A DNA stretch of 64,000 bases, from the IMG/VR virus record IMGVR_UViG_3300029705_006930. One strand, written 5' to 3'. A model generated the notes under the pieces. The model was not told the DNA's origin, did no database searches, and was given only the letters and a program-made list of their open reading frames with translations. Shown in pieces: positions 60,247 to 64,000 of the stretch. A program made the position numbers and the translations under genes. The stretch is from a virus (taxonomy: Duplodnaviria; Heunggongvirae; Uroviricota; Caudoviricetes). Position 1 is the first letter of the stretch. Each line of letters opens with the position of its first letter.

Positions 60247-60773
60247 AGCAATGTAAAAAATGTAAACAAGAACTACCTACTTCTATGTTCTATAAAAGTT
60301 CTTACACAAAAGATGGATTTAGAGATTATTGTAAAGAATGTTGTAAACAAAACAATAAAAATTATTATGTAAAACATAGAACAGAGATAATTGAAAGAAC
60401 TAAACAGTATGTTGACAACAATAAAGAAAAAATTAAAGAGTATCAGAATCAATATTCTTATGTACATAGAGATGATAGAAAAGAATATCAAAAAATATTA
60501 TTTGATGATAAAAGAGAATTTTTAAATTCTTTAAAATACCCTTGTGTAAAATGTGGAGAGGACAGGCCATGGATAATTGATTTTCATCATATAAATCCTA
60601 AAAATAAATGTTTTACGGTTGGAAATAAATATCGTGGAAATATAGAAGTAATACAAGCAGAAGTTGAAAAATGTATATGCTTATGTAGAAATTGTCATGC
60701 TGAATTTCATTGGATATATGGCGCTGTTCCAAAATATCCTGAATTAGCATTAAATGAATATTTAGCGCAATAA
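60237..60773 (+). CDS. Free-standing HNH endonuclease
   Basis: DFHHINPKNK...CLCRNCHAEFH; overlaps the RNR stop. Confidence 0.7.
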   Translation: MRLKQCKKCKQELPTSMFYKSSYTKDGFRDYCKECCKQNNKNYYVKHRTEIIERTKQYVDNNKEKIKEYQNQYSYVHRDDRKEYQKILFDDKREFLNSLKYPCVKCGEDRPWIIDFHHINPKNKCFTVGNKYRGNIEVIQAEVEKCICLCRNCHAEFHWIYGAVPKYPELALNEYLAQ

Positions 60774-60779
60774 ACAATA

Positions 60780-60806
60780 CAGAGGGCTGGGAACTCCAGC
60801 CCTCCC
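60780..60806. terminator. Hairpin AGAGGGCTGGgaactCCAGCCCTC
   Basis: 9 bp stem; weak T-run. Confidence 0.3.
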
Positions 60807-60819
60807 AAAAGGAGAAATA

Positions 60820-61197
60820 ATGTATATAGTTTTAGTATATATCGGCGTTTTCATTGTGATATGGAGTATTCTTTTCGTCATCTTGAAATTATGTGCTGAT
60901 ATTGATAAGCAATGGCGTATAAGCTATCCAGTCATTAATTTTAATATATTTATGAATGCATATACGTTAGCCTCTGAACAATGGGAACTAGATGAGCGTA
61001 CAGTAACCTTTTGGGATATGAGGTACTACGGAACATTTAGAACTACGTTCAAATTTAATTATTTGGATTATAGAAAATATAAAAAATGGAGAGAAACCTG
61101 TAAAACCGAAGAATGGAACAATAAACAGTATCAGGTTTTAGACCAGATTATTCAAAAATATAAGGAGAATAATAATGCATCAGCATATAAAGGTTAA
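60820..61197 (+). CDS. Membrane protein
   Basis: RBS AAAAGGAG; N-terminal TM helix. Confidence 0.5.
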   Translation: MYIVLVYIGVFIVIWSILFVILKLCADIDKQWRISYPVINFNIFMNAYTLASEQWELDERTVTFWDMRYYGTFRTTFKFNYLDYRKYKKWRETCKTEEWNNKQYQVLDQIIQKYKENNNASAYKG

Positions 61198-61609
61198 ATA
61201 CTTTACAGATAAAATTGATAATCTTGCAAGCATTAAAAAAGGTAATTGGATTGATTTGCGAGCAGCTGAGGATGTAGAACTGAAAGCTGGCGAATTTAAG
61301 CTTATTCCACTTGGTATTGCAATGCAGCTTCCAGAGGGCTACGAAGCACATATTGTCCCTCGCAGTTCTACATTTAAAAACTTTGGCATAATTCAGACAA
61401 ACCATTGTGGTATTATCGACAACTCATACTGCGGAGACAATGACCAGTGGCTTTTCCCTGCATATGCGTTGCGTGACACTGTAATTAAAACAAATGACCG
61501 TATTTGTCAGTTTCGTATAATGGAAATTCAGCCAGAAATTACTTTTGAAGAAATATCAGTACTGAGCGGCCCAAACCGTGGTGGATTCGGTTCAACAGGA
61601 ATTAATTAA
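61175..61609 (+). CDS. dut: dUTP diphosphatase
   Basis: [23 protein letters not shown] trimeric dUTPase motifs. Confidence 0.85.
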   Translation: MHQHIKVKYFTDKIDNLASIKKGNWIDLRAAEDVELKAGEFKLIPLGIAMQLPEGYEAHIVPRSSTFKNFGIIQTNHCGIIDNSYCGDNDQWLFPAYALRDTVIKTNDRICQFRIMEIQPEITFEEISVLSGPNRGGFGSTGIN

Positions 61610-61620
61610 GGAGAAAGAAT

Positions 61621-62118
61621 ATGAGTGTTGTAGCCGCAAAAGTTTATCCCGATAAGGTTGTTATCGCAGCTGACTCTATTATGATAAAAGGCTGGTCAAA
61701 ACGCAATACAAATGTGACAAAATTAGCAGAAATCAATGAAATGATTATTGGTGGTGTGGGCACCGCACAGGAAGACAGTTTGATGTGGCACTATATGCGC
61801 ACCCATAAACCACTATCCGCGACCGAAAAAGATATCCTTGCCTTTATTATTGAATTCTCTCAGTGGAAAAATACTATGATAGGGAACAGCAATATTGAAA
61901 ATGAATATTTGCTAATTTTCCAAGGACATTTATTCCAGATTGATAATATGTTTGTAAATGAAATAACAGACTATTCAGCAATTGGTGCAGGTGAAGACTA
62001 TGCGTTGGCAGCACTTTACCTTGGGCATACCCCTAAAGAGGCCACAAAAGTTGCCTGTGAATTGTCTTGTTATGTTTGTGAACCTATTATTGAATATGAA
62101 ATGAAAAAGGAAAAATAA
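61621..62118 (+). CDS. HslV/proteasome-beta-like Ntn-hydrolase peptidase
   Basis: Ser2 after Met; VVIAADSIMIKG ... GGVGTAQE ... SAIGAGEDYALAAL parallels HslV TT..AGDGQ..GFAGGTADA..IGSGGPYA. Confidence 0.45.
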   Translation: MSVVAAKVYPDKVVIAADSIMIKGWSKRNTNVTKLAEINEMIIGGVGTAQEDSLMWHYMRTHKPLSATEKDILAFIIEFSQWKNTMIGNSNIENEYLLIFQGHLFQIDNMFVNEITDYSAIGAGEDYALAALYLGHTPKEATKVACELSCYVCEPIIEYEMKKEK

Positions 62119-62204
62119 AATAATTACTGCAAAAAAATATATGTCCGTGAACTTTGTTTGGTGAACACGAGGCTCCCTTTATTCACCTTCATATGATTTA
62201 GCAA

Positions 62205-62232
62205 TAGAGCCGTCAGATAAGCGGCGGCTCTA
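62205..62232 (+). terminator. Hairpin AGAGCCGtcagataagcgGCGGCTCT
   Basis: 7–8 bp stem. Confidence 0.3.
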
Positions 62233-62267
62233 TAATATAATACATTATTATACAAGGAGGTATTTTT

Positions 62268-62411
62268 ATAGGAGAAGATTTTAATTATACATATCAAAAT
62301 AATTACACACTTGTTACTTTTGACGATGAAACTAATTTACATATCATTTTAAAATTTACCGATGACTCCAACGATATGTTCGACATGTTTGTCGAGGAGC
62401 TTATATCATAG
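62268..62411 (+). CDS. Possible small ORF (about 48 aa) with non-canonical ATA start
   Basis: RBS AAGGAGG + 7 nt spacer. Open frame to ..NDMFDMFVEELIS. No ATG/GTG/TTG at the 5' end. Confidence 0.2.
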   Translation: MGEDFNYTYQNNYTLVTFDDETNLHIILKFTDDSNDMFDMFVEELIS

Positions 62412-62419
62412 GAGGCTAT

Positions 62420-64000
62420 ATGAAAAGAGTTGCATGTTTATATCGTGTTTCAACAAAAGGACAAGTTGATAAAGATGACATTCCTATGCAGCGTAAAGAA
62501 TGCAGTGAATTTATTAAAAAACAGGGATGGCAATTAGTCAATGAATATTATGAAAAAGGTGTCAGTGGCTATAAAAAATCAGCAGACCAACGTGATGTAT
62601 TGCAAACAATCAAGAATGATGCTTTAAATAATCAGTTTGACATTCTGCTTGTCTATATGTTTGACAGATTAGGACGACGCGAAGATGAAACTCCATTTAT
62701 TCTTGAATGGTTTACAAAACAAGGTATAGAAATGTGGAGTGTTAAAGAAGGCCAACAGTCCTTTTCACAACATATTGATAAATTACTTAACTACATACGT
62801 TTCTGGCAAGCCAGCGGTGAAAGTCATAAGACTTCTATGCGTGTTGATAGTAGCCATAGGCAAATGGCTGAAGAAGGCAAATTTAGAGGCGGCGATGCAC
62901 CATATGGATATATGCTTGTAAAAACAGGTGTATTCAATAAAAAGAAAAAAGAATTATTAAAATTAGTCATCAATACCATTGAGGCCCCTATTGTGCAGCT
63001 TATATATAAGTTAGCTTTGGAGGGATATGGTCAAACAAAAATAGCCAAATATTTAAATGAGCACGGCATAAAAACTCGAAACAATAAAATGTGGAATAGT
63101 GGTACAATTGGTTATATCCTAAAAAATCCAATTTATAAAGGTTATCCTGCATATAGAAAGAAAACAGGACAAGGAGAGGGAGTTCATAATTTGCCAAGTT
63201 CAGAATGGATATTATCTTCGGCACAGCAAATTGAGCTTGTTATAATTTCAGAGAATGATTGGGATAGAGTGCAGGAATTACGTACACAACATCATAATTC
63301 TCCTAATCATAACACAATCACAAATTCACCATTATTATTAGTTGGGTTGACTTACTGTGGATGCTGTAAAAGTCCATTGACTACCACTTATTCATATAAG
63401 TACAATAAAGATAAAACAAAGGTATATCAGCGACCAAAATATCGTTGCTCTGGTAAGGCAAATGCAAAAGCACTCTGTGATGGACAAACCGTTTATAGCG
63501 CAGAGAAATATGAAAAAGCTGTTTTAAATCAGATTGATATTTATTTAAATAAAATCAAAAATACACCACAATCTCAACAAGATACAACAGCTAATGATTT
63601 TCAAAAAAATATTAAATCTCTCGAGCATAAATTAGCAAAAATCAATAATATGATAGAAATATTATCTGATGAAGTTGGTAATGCCTTGATAGGAGAAAGT
63701 CGATTTACACCAGAAGTTTTGGCAGAACAAATTAACAAAAAACAACAAGATAAAATTTTAATACAAAATGAACTTGACAAAATAAAACAAGAGGCAGATA
63801 ATTATAACCATGAACAAATCAATACACAGCAATTAAACCAAGTTATTCCAATCTGGAAAGAAAGGTTTGACGGATTTTCAACTGAAAAGAAAAAACGTTT
63901 ATTGCGTATCTTGATTTCACGCATTGAATTTAATAGAGATACAATTATTATAGATTTTAATACAACTATTCAATGCTTTTTAGATGCTATCACTGCATAA
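62420..64000 (+). CDS. Large serine recombinase (integrase)
   Basis: Resolvase N-terminal domain YRVSTKGQ...LLVYMFDRLGRR; recombinase and zinc-ribbon/coiled-coil C-terminal domains. TAA at the window end. Confidence 0.85.
   Translation: MKRVACLYRVSTKGQVDKDDIPMQRKECSEFIKKQGWQLVNEYYEKGVSGYKKSADQRDVLQTIKNDALNNQFDILLVYMFDRLGRREDETPFILEWFTKQGIEMWSVKEGQQSFSQHIDKLLNYIRFWQASGESHKTSMRVDSSHRQMAEEGKFRGGDAPYGYMLVKTGVFNKKKKELLKLVINTIEAPIVQLIYKLALEGYGQTKIAKYLNEHGIKTRNNKMWNSGTIGYILKNPIYKGYPAYRKKTGQGEGVHNLPSSEWILSSAQQIELVIISENDWDRVQELRTQHHNSPNHNTITNSPLLLVGLTYCGCCKSPLTTTYSYKYNKDKTKVYQRPKYRCSGKANAKALCDGQTVYSAEKYEKAVLNQIDIYLNKIKNTPQSQQDTTANDFQKNIKSLEHKLAKINNMIEILSDEVGNALIGESRFTPEVLAEQINKKQQDKILIQNELDKIKQEADNYNHEQINTQQLNQVIPIWKERFDGFSTEKKKRLLRILISRIEFNRDTIIIDFNTTIQCFLDAITA

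Noticed and set aside
4345-62000. Numerous minus-strand ORFs from the track (for example 8319..8834, 14843..15229, 15500..15943, 21637..22101, 29514..30005, 54888..55328)
   Set aside because: They lie antisense within well-supported + strand genes, lack RBSs, and have low-complexity or hydrophobic compositions typical of AT-rich antisense frames.
1-64000. tRNA genes or an rRNA fragment
   Set aside because: No cloverleaf-compatible segment with a GTTCRANYC T-loop noticed in intergenic regions; none called.

Overview
Low-GC (Firmicutes-type) sequence that reads as the early, replication and nucleotide-metabolism arm of a large phage or prophage. About 56 kb (4.5–62 kb) is transcribed almost entirely on the + strand, with tightly packed, often overlapping small genes preceded by AGGAGG-type RBSs. 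No capsid, tail or terminase genes were seen. The window ends in a complete large serine recombinase (62420–64000). The left 3.5 kb is a separate-looking minus-strand module: tyrosine integrase, iteron-like repeats, a Rep-like wHTH protein and a ligase-fold protein. It is followed by a strikingly G+T-skewed 650 bp non-coding stretch. Recognisable + strand genes include a phage sigma factor, an XRE regulator, a split DnaE-type polymerase (PHP ORF plus core ORF), a DnaB-like helicase and a TOPRIM primase. There are also a Cas4-like nuclease, an ATP-dependent DNA ligase, ThyX, FolD, dUTPase, a guanylate/dNMP kinase and a class II RNR interrupted by a group I intron carrying an HNH endonuclease. 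Others are an SPFH protein, an HslV-like peptidase and a MazF/PemK-like toxin. Three loci stand out. (1) A Ubl–(E2-like?)–JAB–E1 operon resembling bacterial ubiquitin-like conjugation (Bil-type) systems. (2) Immediately downstream, a retron/Abi-like reverse transcriptase flanked by about 1.2 kb of structured non-coding DNA with four copies of a 38 bp repeat. (3) A tandem array of 13 small divergent genes that share a C-terminal Y-E-x-D-F-E-E-L-M(-G-G) motif. Two genes look frameshifted at homopolymers and several ORFs need TTG/GTG starts, so indel errors in the assembly are possible. My hand-indexed coordinates may be off by ±1–2 nt; CDS coordinates are anchored to the supplied ORF track.
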